59,909 nucleotides of DNA from Acidimicrobiales bacterium (GTDB lineage Bacteria; Actinomycetota; Acidimicrobiia; Acidimicrobiales; JACCXE01): contig DATLOH010000053.1 in NCBI GenBank assembly GCA_035536375.1, positions 1-59,909 of the forward strand. The letters run 5' to 3'. The notes under the pieces were generated by a model. It was not told the DNA's origin, made no database searches, and worked only from the letters and a program-made list of their open reading frames with translations. How positions within the stretch are numbered: position 1 is the first letter of the stretch; the number at the start of each line of letters is the position of its first letter. Position numbers and translations under genes: made by a program. Shown here piece after piece: positions 27,953 through 37,098 of this stretch.

Positions 27953-28882
27953 ATGGTTCACCTTCGGTTGATCGTTCCGTCGCACAAGACGGCTGCGATC
28001 TTCGAGTACCTCGCTTCGACGCCCGGCGTGGCCCACGTGGTCGAGCTTCAGGCCACGAGGACCACGCCGGCGGGAACCCTGGTGCTGTGCGACGTGGCAC
28101 GCGAGGCGGCCAACGAGGTCGTCGAGTGGCTTCAGCGCCAGGACATCCACCACGACGGCGCGATCACCGTCGAATCGCTCGAGGCTGTGGTGTCCGACGC
28201 CGCCGAACGCGCGTCGGCAGAAGCTCCGGGCCACGGTGCTGATGCGCTGATCTGGGAGGAAATCGAGGGACGGGCGCGCGCGGAGTCGATCGTGACGACG
28301 TCGTTCCTGGTGCTGATGGGCATCGCGGCGGTCATCGCCGGGATCGGCATCCTGCTCGACGCGCCGATCCTCATCGTCGGCGCCATGGTGGTCGGGCCGG
28401 AGTACGGGCCGCTGGCGGCACTGTGCGTCGCCGCTGTGCGGCGACGGTCACGCCCCGCTGTTGACGCGGGCATGACGTTGGCGGGGGGATTGCTGCTTGC
28501 GACATTCGCGGCGCTCGTGACGACATTGGCCTTTCGGTGGAGCGGGCTAGCGCCTGCTAGCTACGACGTCAGTGAGCGCGAATTGACTGCGTTCATCTCC
28601 CACCCAGACGGCATGGCCGCCGTGGTCGCAGTCCTCGCAGGGGTCGTCGGCATGCTCTCGCTTACCCAGGCACGCAGCGGCGCCCTGATCGGCGTACTCG
28701 TTTCGGTGACGACCATTCCTGCTGCAGCCAACATCGGTGTGGCCGCCGCCTACCGTGAATGGCCCGAAGTTCGCGGTGCCGCACTCCAACTCGGGCTCAA
28801 TCTCGCTGGCCTAGTGGCCGCAGGCATCGCCACACTTGCCGTGCAATCGCGCGCCACCGCTTCACGCCGGCCGAGGCCATAG
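27953..28882 (+). CDS. DUF389 domain membrane protein
   Basis: 309-aa ORF. A soluble N-terminal domain (MVHLRLIVPS...) is followed by about 6 hydrophobic segments, the pattern of the DUF389/TIGR00341 family. Confidence 0.8.
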   Translation: MVHLRLIVPSHKTAAIFEYLASTPGVAHVVELQATRTTPAGTLVLCDVAREAANEVVEWLQRQDIHHDGAITVESLEAVVSDAAERASAEAPGHGADALIWEEIEGRARAESIVTTSFLVLMGIAAVIAGIGILLDAPILIVGAMVVGPEYGPLAALCVAAVRRRSRPAVDAGMTLAGGLLLATFAALVTTLAFRWSGLAPASYDVSERELTAFISHPDGMAAVVAVLAGVVGMLSLTQARSGALIGVLVSVTTIPAAANIGVAAAYREWPEVRGAALQLGLNLAGLVAAGIATLAVQSRATASRRPRP

Positions 28883-28956
28883 CGGGGCGGTTCCTCGCGA
28901 GGCCGGCGTGGCAGAATGTTGCAAGAGGGCGACGAGGCCCGGTTGGGGGAGTGGAC

Positions 28957-30237
28957 GTGCATAACTTTGGTAAGCGAATGGCCATGGCCTTGGTGGCCTC
29001 GGCCTTGGTGGTAGGGCTCCACGTTTTCCCGCTCGGCGGCGGTGCGTCGCCTGCGCAGGCCGTGGCGCAGAACGATGCGCAGTCGGGCGGTGACGCCAGC
29101 AATCTGTTCGCCACTGCGACACCGGTTGCGAGCGGCAAGTTCTACTCAGCGCGCCTCGACCGATCCGCGGGTGACACCGTGGACTTCTTCAAGATCCCCG
29201 TTCGAGCGGGCGAGGCCTTTTCTGTGCTCGTGACGTTCAACACGCTCGGTTCTGAGCCCGTGACGCTTCTGGACCCGACCGGTCGTCCAGTCGACACGGG
29301 TACCGCGGTCGCCAACGTTGGCATGAGCGCCAGTAACGCCATGACGACGGAGAGCTCGGGGCTGCGGCTCGCCGAGCCCAAGGCCCTCGTAGGAGGTGAC
29401 TACCGGTTGCAGCTCACGGCGCAAACCCTCGACGTGCGCAGCTATTCGTTCTGCTTCATGAACTGCGAGACGCCGGTCAAGGCGCCGATCGACATGATCT
29501 TCGGCGGCTCACTGCCTACCGCGCACACGAAGGTGCTGCTCGTGCCGCCGACAACCGGCGACCTCGGCAACCCCGCGGGGCCGACGGCGCTCGACTATCT
29601 CGCCGCGACCCAGCGCGGCATCCACAAATGGGTCGCTGCGCTGCGCTCGTTCGCCACCGACTATCCGCAATACGGCTATCTCGCCAATATCGACGTTGCC
29701 ATCGAAGTGTTCGACGGGCTCCACCCGGTCGACCCGGTGGGCTATGACGTCGTCCTCGGCTACGTCGCAGCAGGTCCGGCGTTCCGCGGGATCGCCAGCC
29801 AGAACGACCCCTTCGAGGTCAGCGACACGTTGCGCAAAATGGGTCTCGAGGACACTGTGCGCTACACCGGGCGCGTCATCCTGCTGAGCTTGTACGGGTC
29901 GTCGCCGCGCGCCGGTCAAGTGGGGTGGGACTTTCCCGAGGTCACCGACCTCGAGACCGTCACCATGCACGAGTTCGCCCACACTTTCGGGCTCGGCCAC
30001 ACCCGCACGATCGACCCGGCGCTCGGGCCTGACCTGATGAACAGTCCGGCCACGTTCATCTATGGCGATGGGTTCAGCGCGGGCGACGGCGGCGAGCACA
30101 CCCCGCTCGGGTGCATCTCGAGCCTCGACCTGTACGGCATGGCCCAGCTGTACCGCTGGCTGCCGACGGGCAACTGGGCGCCGTCCTACAACTCGGTCAG
30201 CCTGCCGTCCTCGATCAAGTATCAGCTCTACTGCTGA
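28957..30237 (+). CDS. secreted zinc metalloprotease (metzincin-type HExxHxxGxxH) with N-terminal PPC-like domain
   Basis: Signal peptide ...MAMALVASALVVGLHVFPLGGGASPAQA. Zinc site HEFAHTFGLGH. Start placed at GTG 28957, 6 nt after GGGGGA. Confidence 0.75.
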   Translation: MHNFGKRMAMALVASALVVGLHVFPLGGGASPAQAVAQNDAQSGGDASNLFATATPVASGKFYSARLDRSAGDTVDFFKIPVRAGEAFSVLVTFNTLGSEPVTLLDPTGRPVDTGTAVANVGMSASNAMTTESSGLRLAEPKALVGGDYRLQLTAQTLDVRSYSFCFMNCETPVKAPIDMIFGGSLPTAHTKVLLVPPTTGDLGNPAGPTALDYLAATQRGIHKWVAALRSFATDYPQYGYLANIDVAIEVFDGLHPVDPVGYDVVLGYVAAGPAFRGIASQNDPFEVSDTLRKMGLEDTVRYTGRVILLSLYGSSPRAGQVGWDFPEVTDLETVTMHEFAHTFGLGHTRTIDPALGPDLMNSPATFIYGDGFSAGDGGEHTPLGCISSLDLYGMAQLYRWLPTGNWAPSYNSVSLPSSIKYQLYC

Positions 30238-30306
30238 GCTCGCGCAGGTTCGTAACAAGCCCGCTGTAGCCAGTCAGCTCCACTGATTGGGGTCAACCGC
30301 ATTGTG

Positions 30307-30378
30307 TGCGCCCCCTGGGATTCGAACCCAGAACCTGCGGATTAAGAGTCCGTTGCTCTGCCGTTGAGCTAGAGGCGC
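30307..30378 (-). tRNA. tRNA-Lys (anticodon CTT)
   Basis: 72-nt cloverleaf folded by hand: 7-bp acceptor stem, GCTC/GAGC D stem, anticodon loop CTCTTAA, T arm CTGGG-TTCGAAT-CCCAG, discriminator A. No encoded CCA. Confidence 0.9.
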
Positions 30379-30470
30379 GTGAGGTCGGGTCATCGTAGTA
30401 GTGCGGGTCGCGGGAGCCGACATGACCAGGGATGCTCAGGACGCGGCGCCAACGGCCGATGAATGGGGTG

Positions 30471-32840
30471 ATGACACGCGCCCGTACCCGTCGTGGTCTG
30501 CTGGCGGCCGTCCTGCTCGGCGCGGCTGTTGGGGGATGGATTGCTGGCGCGCGTCCGGCCAGCGCGGCGATCACGTCGGCAACTCCGTCGCCGACTTCGG
30601 TTCTTGCGGCGCCCGACTACGCCACTGCTACCTACGGTGACGCGTGGGACTACGCGAACGCCGAGGACTTCGACAGCGCGCTTAAAAGCTGGATGGTCGG
30701 CGCCAGCAACGTGACGTCGCAGAACGGAATGCTCTCGTTCGACATGACGCGGATGGGCCAGTTGCCGCTGGTGCGCGGCTTCGGCGATATCACCATCCCG
30801 TGGGGCCGCGATGCCAGCCTCAACCCGATCCCGGCGGCGACGTACACGCGATTGTCCTTCCGCATGAACGCGCAGATCAGCCAGCCGACGTCTGGTCAGG
30901 TTGTATGGATGAACTGCGGCAACTTCGTGCACGAGTGCCACGGCGGCCAACCGATCACCATTAACCCCGGCTGGCACACCTACGACATCGCACTCGCCAA
31001 CCAGTACAACGACCTACCCGCGGCGTGGGCGGGTCAGATTCACTCACTCGTCATCGTGCCCGTTGGCGCCAACCTCGCCTCCGGTCACATCGATCTCGAC
31101 TGGGCGCGTCTGTATCAAGCCGGCGCGCCGGTAGCGGTCGACCTCGCCGACTCCAACCCCGGCGGGCGTGTGACCGCTTCGTGGTCGGCCGCGCCCGGCG
31201 CCGACTACGCCGCGACCGCGAATCGCGCCGCGGTGTTCGCTTCGACGACGTCGTCGTCGACCACGAGAGTCAACTTCAACGCCCCCGCGTACCCGCCCGG
31301 CACGTACAGGTTCTACGGGACCGACACCGATGGAACCTCGTCGGCTCCCGGCCCGCCACTGACCATCGGCGCCCGCGTCAACACCTCGAAGCTGTTGCCT
31401 GAGGTGCCCAGCGGGGCCGACTACGCGTCGACCGTCCGCGGCGACGCGTGGGATTTCGCTCAGACGTCCGACGTCAAGTCGTCACTCAACGCTGCGCTGT
31501 CCTTCGACGGCCAGCTCCTGCACGGGCGCAACGCGGCGCCCTACCAGAACGACCCGTGGGTCGAGCTGCCGGTGGCGCCGCCCATCGACGGAAGCCGGTT
31601 CCACCGCCTCAGCATGCGGGTGCACTTCGACGGCGACTTCCGGCTCACCGACGACGCAGGGGGAGGCATGAACGCCCGCGTCTACTGGGGCACGACCAAT
31701 TCCGCCGAGGACCAGGTGAGCCAGGACATTCTCGTTTACCCCGGCTGGCAGACGATCACGTTCGACATGTCAGCACCCCAGCTCCACGACGAGGGTCAGC
31801 CGGGCACAACCCGGCAAGGTTGGGTCGGGCGCCAGATCAAGTGGTTCCGCATCGACCCCAATGAGGACCGCGGTGAGCGGACGTGGGCGATCGACTGGGT
31901 GCGACTCGGGGGTACGAGCCCGTTCGGCTCCTTCGACGCGGCGCAGCGCGTTGCTGGCGGCATCGCTGTCGGTGGGTGGGCGATCGACGCCGACACTGTG
32001 AACCCTATCCCGGTGCACGTTTACGTCGGCTCGAGCGCGCACGGCGTGCTCGCGAGCGACCGCCGGCCGGACGTGGCCGCGGTCTATCCGGCGTATGGAC
32101 AGGAGCACGGCTTCAATACGGTGGTACCCGCAGCGCCCGGTCGCCACCGCGTATGCGTTTACGGCATCAACCAAGGAGCGGGGGCCAACAGTGCCCTCGG
32201 CTGTCGTGACGTAACGGTCGACTCGCAACCGTTCGGTTCTTTCGACCGTGCGGCGCGGGTCGCGGGAGGGATCTCTGTCGGCGGTTGGGCGATCGACGCC
32301 GACACCGCAGCGTCGACCACCGTGCACGTCTACGTCGATCATGTGGGGCACGCCATCGACGCATCTGGCTTCCGTCCCGACGTCGGCGCCGCCTTCCCCT
32401 CATACGGCTTGGCACACGGCTTCGATGCGGTTGTCCCGGCGGCGCCGGGTGAGCACAACGTGTGTACGTACGCCATCAACGTCAGTTACGGATCGCATGT
32501 CGGGCTCGCGTGCCGAACAGTGACCGTCGACCCGATGCCGTTCGGCTCGCTCGACATCGTTTCGCGGACAAGCGACGGCATCCGAGTTGCGGGCTGGGCG
32601 ATCGATCCCGACACCGCCGCTCCAATCCCGGTGCACGTCTACGTCGACACCGCCGGGCACAACCTCGGCGACGCCGCGCTACCACGAGCGGATGTTGCCG
32701 CGGCGTTCCCGTCCTACGGAACAAATCACGGGTACGACACGGTCGTTCCCGCAGGCGCCGGACCGCGAACCGTGTGCGCGTACGGCATCAACCAGGGTGC
32801 GGGGGGCAACGTGAAGATCGGCTGTCGCCGCATCGAGTGA
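30471..32840 (+). CDS. large secreted repeat protein: two ~210-aa N-terminal modules plus three tandem 103-aa C-terminal modules
   Basis: Signal MTRARTRRGLLAAVLLGAAVGGWIAGARPASA. Repeated DYA(T/S)...GDAWD(Y/F)A modules. Three 309-bp in-frame repeats at 31920-32837. Start could be ATG 30459 or 30471. Confidence 0.7.
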   Translation: MTRARTRRGLLAAVLLGAAVGGWIAGARPASAAITSATPSPTSVLAAPDYATATYGDAWDYANAEDFDSALKSWMVGASNVTSQNGMLSFDMTRMGQLPLVRGFGDITIPWGRDASLNPIPAATYTRLSFRMNAQISQPTSGQVVWMNCGNFVHECHGGQPITINPGWHTYDIALANQYNDLPAAWAGQIHSLVIVPVGANLASGHIDLDWARLYQAGAPVAVDLADSNPGGRVTASWSAAPGADYAATANRAAVFASTTSSSTTRVNFNAPAYPPGTYRFYGTDTDGTSSAPGPPLTIGARVNTSKLLPEVPSGADYASTVRGDAWDFAQTSDVKSSLNAALSFDGQLLHGRNAAPYQNDPWVELPVAPPIDGSRFHRLSMRVHFDGDFRLTDDAGGGMNARVYWGTTNSAEDQVSQDILVYPGWQTITFDMSAPQLHDEGQPGTTRQGWVGRQIKWFRIDPNEDRGERTWAIDWVRLGGTSPFGSFDAAQRVAGGIAVGGWAIDADTVNPIPVHVYVGSSAHGVLASDRRPDVAAVYPAYGQEHGFNTVVPAAPGRHRVCVYGINQGAGANSALGCRDVTVDSQPFGSFDRAARVAGGISVGGWAIDADTAASTTVHVYVDHVGHAIDASGFRPDVGAAFPSYGLAHGFDAVVPAAPGEHNVCTYAINVSYGSHVGLACRTVTVDPMPFGSLDIVSRTSDGIRVAGWAIDPDTAAPIPVHVYVDTAGHNLGDAALPRADVAAAFPSYGTNHGYDTVVPAGAGPRTVCAYGINQGAGGNVKIGCRRIE

Positions 32841-32884
32841 GCCGGCCCGGTTCCGGGGCCGTCTGTGCGGGTAGACCGCCGGTC

Positions 32885-34399
32885 ATGGGAACTCTCTCGG
32901 AACGCAACCCGTCGCTATGGGTAGGCACGACCGACCCGGCGCCCTATGCGCCACTCGACGGCGACACCTCGGCTGACGTGGTCGTGATCGGTGCAGGCAT
33001 CGCCGGGCTCACCACTGCGAGGCTCCTCGCTGCCGAAGGAAGACGGGTCGCGGTGGTCGACGCCGGATCGGTCTGCGCCGGGGCAACGGGATACACCACC
33101 GCCAAAGTGACCTCACTGCACACGTTGATCTACGCGCAGCTCGAGAAGTCTTTCGACGCTGACACTGCAGCGATCTACGGGGCCGCCAACGAGGCGGCAA
33201 TCCATCGGATCGTGGAGCTGACGGCTAACGACGAGATCGACTGCGAGCTCGAACAGGCGGCGGCGTACACGTACACGCTCCAGGCGGAAAACCTTCCGGA
33301 CATAGAGGCGGAGGTGAACGCCGCGACGCGTGCCGGTCTCAGCGCGGCGTTCACGACAGAGACCGATCTGCCGTACGACGTGCTCGGCGCAGTCCGCGTC
33401 GACGGGCAGTACCAGTTCCACCCGCGCAAGTACTGCCTTGGTCTCGCACAGGCGATCGTGCGCGACGGAGGCTCGGTGCACGACCACACCCGTGCGCTGG
33501 AAGTCGACGAGGACACCCACACGGTGACTACCGATCGCGGCACCATCAGCGCGGGTGACGTGGTAATTGCTTCGCACCAGCCGTTTCCCTTGCACGGCGG
33601 GTACTTCGCACGCGCCGAGCCGTGGCGTTCCTACGTCCTCGCGCTCTCCGTCGATGGGCCCCGGCCGGAAGGGATGTACATCAGCTGCGACGAGCAGACC
33701 CGCTCGGTACGGTCGACTGCGGCTGGACATGTGCTCGTTGGTGGCGAGGGGCACAAGGTCGGTCACGACGACGACACCGAGGCCAACTACGCGCGCCTCG
33801 AGTCATGGGCGCGCGAGACGTTTCCGGTGACGTCCGTCGAGTATCGGTGGTCGGCGCAGGACTACAAGACTCCCGACGGCCTGCCTTACATCGGTCGCAT
33901 GACCCCAGGGTCAGACCATGTCTACGTGGCGACGGGATTTCGGAAGTGGGGGATGACGAACGGCACGGTGGCAGCGATGATCCTCGCCGACACCATCGCC
34001 GGACGCGAGAACCCGTGGTCATCGACATTCGATTCCCACCGGTCCTCGATAGCGCAAAGCATCAAGGGTCTGATCAGCGAGAACCTCGACGTCGCCAAAC
34101 GCTTTATCGGTGACCGCATCGCGTCGCTGCACCCAGCGTCGATTGACGACCTGTCGACCGGTCAGGGCGCCATCGTCGACCTCGACGGCGAGAAGGTGGC
34201 CGCGTTCCGCGACGACAACGGCACTGTGCACGCAGTCTCGGCCAACTGCACACACATGGGGTGCCGCGTGAACTTCAACCCGGCTGAGCGCAGTTGGGAC
34301 TGCCCGTGCCACGGCTCGCGCTTCGGCATCGACGGCAGCGTGCTCGAAGGCCCCGCAACCAAGGACCTCGCCCCCGCAACACCCGTCCGCCGCATGTGA
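32885..34399 (+). CDS. FAD-dependent oxidoreductase fused to a C-terminal Rieske [2Fe-2S] domain
   Basis: ATG 32885. Dinucleotide fold VVVIGAGIAGLTTA. Rieske motifs CTHMGC...CPCHGS. The track ORF start at 32462 lies inside the previous gene. Confidence 0.85.
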   Translation: MGTLSERNPSLWVGTTDPAPYAPLDGDTSADVVVIGAGIAGLTTARLLAAEGRRVAVVDAGSVCAGATGYTTAKVTSLHTLIYAQLEKSFDADTAAIYGAANEAAIHRIVELTANDEIDCELEQAAAYTYTLQAENLPDIEAEVNAATRAGLSAAFTTETDLPYDVLGAVRVDGQYQFHPRKYCLGLAQAIVRDGGSVHDHTRALEVDEDTHTVTTDRGTISAGDVVIASHQPFPLHGGYFARAEPWRSYVLALSVDGPRPEGMYISCDEQTRSVRSTAAGHVLVGGEGHKVGHDDDTEANYARLESWARETFPVTSVEYRWSAQDYKTPDGLPYIGRMTPGSDHVYVATGFRKWGMTNGTVAAMILADTIAGRENPWSSTFDSHRSSIAQSIKGLISENLDVAKRFIGDRIASLHPASIDDLSTGQGAIVDLDGEKVAAFRDDNGTVHAVSANCTHMGCRVNFNPAERSWDCPCHGSRFGIDGSVLEGPATKDLAPATPVRRM

Positions 34400-34418
34400 C
34401 GTCGTGACCCTTCCTTTG

Positions 34419-34438
34419 ATGTTAGGTGCACCTAACAT
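34419..34438. promoter_or_regulatory. perfect 20-nt palindrome ATGTTAGGTGCACCTAACAT, putative operator 12 nt upstream of the ATG
   Basis: Read directly from the sequence. A near-identical copy lies at 38128-38149. Contains the TAACAT -10-like hexamer. Confidence 0.6.
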
Positions 34439-34450
34439 TAGGATCGCTCG

Positions 34451-35497
34451 ATGCTCACAAGACGTGCTGCCATCCTCGTCGCCGCCGTCCTTTCGGCGAC
34501 GTTGGTCGGCTGCGGAGACGACAACAACGACACGGACGCGTCCCAGCGTGCGAAAGCGAAGACCGGAAGCCTGACGGTGTACTCCGGGCGCAACGAGAAC
34601 CTTATCCGGCCGTTGCTCGACAAATTCGAGAAGGACACCCGCATCGAGGTCGATGTGAAGTACGGCGACACGGCTGAGCTGCTCCCGACGGTTATCGAAG
34701 AGGGCGAGCGCTCGCCCGCCGACGTCTTCATCTCCCAGGACGCCGGATCGCTCGGTGAACTCGCCGAAAAGGGACTGCTTGCACCGCTCCCACTCGACGT
34801 CATAAACGACGTTGACGAGCGCTTCCGCGACGATCAGCGCCGTTGGGTCGGACTCTCCGGGCGCGCCCGCGTCGTGGTCGTCAACACCGATCGCGTTCCC
34901 GCGGCCGAGCGACCTTCGAAAATCGACGACGTACTCGCCCCGAAGTGGAAGGGCCGCATCGGGTTCGCCCCCACCAACGCGAGTTTCGTTGCGTTCGTGT
35001 CAGCGTTGCGCAACCAACGCGGCGAGCCTGCCGCTCGCAAGTTCCTCGAGGGTCTAAAGGCCAACGGAGCGCGCGCCTTCGACAGCAACCTCCTCGTCGT
35101 GCAGGCGGTGGCGCGCGGCGAGGTAGACCTTGGACTGGTCAACCACTACTACCTGTACTCGGTGAAGAAGGAAACTCCGAACGCCCCAATTGAGAACGTC
35201 TTCACCGATCAGGACGCGGCTGACCAAGGGATGTTCGTGAACGTCGCAGGTGTGGGCGTGCTGCGCACCGCAAAGCACGTTCCGGAGGCGACCCGCTTGG
35301 TGCGTTACCTGCTTTCGGAGTCGGCCCAAACGTATTTCCGCGACAAGACCAGCGAGTATCCGCTGGCTGCCGGCGTCACCGCCATTGCGGAGCTACCGCC
35401 GTTGAACTCGTTGCGGACGCCTCCTGTTCCCCTGGGTCGCCTCGGCGGCGGTCTCGACGCGAGCGTGACCTTGATCAAGGACCTCGGCCTGTCCTGA
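34451..35497 (+). CDS. Fe(III)-type ABC transporter substrate-binding lipoprotein (FbpA/AfuA-like)
   Basis: 348-aa ORF with lipobox LVGC. LTVYSGRNENLIRPLLDKFEKDTRIEV... is typical of ferric-binding SBPs. AGGA lies upstream. Confidence 0.85.
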   Translation: MLTRRAAILVAAVLSATLVGCGDDNNDTDASQRAKAKTGSLTVYSGRNENLIRPLLDKFEKDTRIEVDVKYGDTAELLPTVIEEGERSPADVFISQDAGSLGELAEKGLLAPLPLDVINDVDERFRDDQRRWVGLSGRARVVVVNTDRVPAAERPSKIDDVLAPKWKGRIGFAPTNASFVAFVSALRNQRGEPAARKFLEGLKANGARAFDSNLLVVQAVARGEVDLGLVNHYYLYSVKKETPNAPIENVFTDQDAADQGMFVNVAGVGVLRTAKHVPEATRLVRYLLSESAQTYFRDKTSEYPLAAGVTAIAELPPLNSLRTPPVPLGRLGGGLDASVTLIKDLGLS

Positions 35498-35619
35498 CCG
35501 AGCCGCACCCGTCCGACGCGCCACCGCTCGTCGCCACGTCCACACCGCGCCGATCGTTCGCGTCGAGCCGGCACGCACCGGCCGCGGTCTGGGTTCCCGC
35601 ATGTCTCGTCGGGCTCGCC

Positions 35620-37098
35620 ATGGTCGTGCCCCTCGGGTACCTGCTGTTGCGCAGCACCGAAGCGAGCGATCCTCTGGCGCTGCTGACGAGTGACCGCGTG
35701 CTCCGTTTCCTGTCGACGACCCTGCGCCTCGCAGGGGTTGTCACCGTCGTGTCGGTCGCATTGGGAGGAACGCTGGCGTGGCTCCTCGAGCGGACCGACC
35801 TGCCCGGTCGGCGGGTGCTCGCAGTGGTGGCCGTGCTGCCTCTCGTCGTACCGACCTACGTGCTCGCACTTGCGCTTGTGAGCGCTGTTGGTCCTGGCGG
35901 GCTCGTCGCGTCGTGGTCGTGGGTGCGCGGGTTCTGGGGGGCGACCGTGGCGCTTGTAGCGGCCACCATGCCAACGGTCGTGCTTCTCGGCCGAGCTGAA
36001 CTGGCCGGTACAGACGGTTCCTTTGACGATGCCGCCCGCGCACTCGGGGACAGCGCACTGACACGCTGGCGTCGTCTCGTGATTCCTCAGCTTCGGCCTG
36101 CACTCGGGGCCGGGGGCCTGCTCTGTTTCCTTTATGTGCTGTCGGACTTTGGGGCGGTCTCGATCCTTGGAGTCGACACGCTGAACCGGGGGATCTACTT
36201 CGAGTACCGGTCGCTGAGTTCGGACCGGTCGAGCGCCGCGGTTCTCGGCGTCCTGCTCGTCGCGCTCAGCATCGCCGTGATCGCCGTGGAGCGAGCGGTG
36301 CGCCGCCGCGGGGCGGCGCAGGCGATTCCGAGTGCGCCGGTGCCGTATCCAGTGACGCACCTAGGTCGGTGGCGCTGGCCGGCCGCGGCCGCAGTGGCGC
36401 TGGTGGGGCTTGCGGCCGCGGGTGGGCCCGTCGCAGTCCTGATCGTGTGGGCCTACCGGGGCACCAGCGGCCCGGATGCGATCGCAGAGTTGATTGACGC
36501 CGGCCGCACGTCGCTGTCGTGGTCGGCGGCCGCAGCGCTCCTTGCGGTAGCCGCCGCATTGCCGGTCGCGATCCTGGCGGTGCGATTCCGGTCGCGCGCC
36601 GCGCGCGTCATCGAAACCGCGGCTGTCGCCGGGTTCGCACTCCCGGGGCTCGTCGTGGCGCTCGCACTCGTCTTTATGACACTGCGGGTGGCGCCAGTCG
36701 TGTATCAAACAGGGCTTGTCGTGGTCGCCGCCTACGTCGTGCGTTTCCTGCCCGAAGCTCTGGGTGCCGTACGACCGGCAGTCGCGGCGGTCGATCCGGC
36801 GGTCGAGGACGCAGCGCGCGCGCTTGGCCGCGGTCGAGCTGCGGTGCTCGCCACTGTGACGCTGCCGCTCGTTCGAGGCGGCGCGCTTGCCGGCGGGTCG
36901 CTGGTGTTCCTCACTGCGATGAAGGAGCTACCGGCAACGTTGCTCCTCCAGCCGCCGGGTTCGGACACGCTCGCTGTGCGCGTGTGGACTGCGGCATCCG
37001 AGGGGTTCTATGCGCGCGCCGCGCTGCCCGCGCTCGCACTCGTCGTGCTGTCTGCCGCGCTGCTCGCGCCCCTACGGTTCGGAGGGCCGCGCCGATGA
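35620..37098 (+). CDS. iron ABC transporter permease (duplicated FbpB-type). True start possibly upstream at a non-canonical codon.
   Basis: 492-aa ORF with two permease halves (two EAA-type loops: DAARALGDS and EDAARALGRG). 122 nt upstream are open in-frame and encode the rest of TM1. Confidence 0.85.
   Translation: MVVPLGYLLLRSTEASDPLALLTSDRVLRFLSTTLRLAGVVTVVSVALGGTLAWLLERTDLPGRRVLAVVAVLPLVVPTYVLALALVSAVGPGGLVASWSWVRGFWGATVALVAATMPTVVLLGRAELAGTDGSFDDAARALGDSALTRWRRLVIPQLRPALGAGGLLCFLYVLSDFGAVSILGVDTLNRGIYFEYRSLSSDRSSAAVLGVLLVALSIAVIAVERAVRRRGAAQAIPSAPVPYPVTHLGRWRWPAAAAVALVGLAAAGGPVAVLIVWAYRGTSGPDAIAELIDAGRTSLSWSAAAALLAVAAALPVAILAVRFRSRAARVIETAAVAGFALPGLVVALALVFMTLRVAPVVYQTGLVVVAAYVVRFLPEALGAVRPAVAAVDPAVEDAARALGRGRAAVLATVTLPLVRGGALAGGSLVFLTAMKELPATLLLQPPGSDTLAVRVWTAASEGFYARAALPALALVVLSAALLAPLRFGGPRR

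Noticed and set aside
26729-28234. A 501-aa minus-strand ORF, one of the longest in the track.
   Set aside because: It lies antisense to two well-supported plus-strand genes (SRPBCC-SnoaL and DUF389). It is Arg/Gly/Pro/His-rich with no motifs, as expected for an open antisense frame in about 70% GC DNA.
30307-30378. Genomic island or prophage integrated at tRNA-Lys, and likewise at tRNA-Arg 42643-42716.
   Set aside because: There is no integrase, recombinase or phage gene on either side. I could find no direct repeat of either tRNA 3' end within the window.
31920-32837. Three 309-bp tandem DNA repeats, considered as a possible CRISPR-like, VNTR or mobile repeat.
   Set aside because: The repeats are in-frame, diverged at synonymous and non-synonymous sites, lack unique spacers, and translate into a conserved 103-aa domain. 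They are coding domain repeats.
34419-34438. Calling the palindrome a canonical DtxR/IdeR iron box.
   Set aside because: Only the outer hexamers TTAGGT/ACCTAA match. In the 19-bp DtxR/IdeR consensus they are separated by 7 nt, and here by 2 nt. I therefore report it as an unassigned operator with an iron-related context rather than as an IdeR site.
35305-36360. A 351-aa minus-strand ORF. Similar long antisense ORFs occur at 10833-12239, 26065-27180, 38415-39422, 39857-41224, 42894-44147, 49971-51230 and 53480-54802.
   Set aside because: All lie opposite genes with clear family motifs. They have low-complexity Arg/Pro/Gly-rich translations and no plausible start context, so I treat them as GC-driven artefacts.
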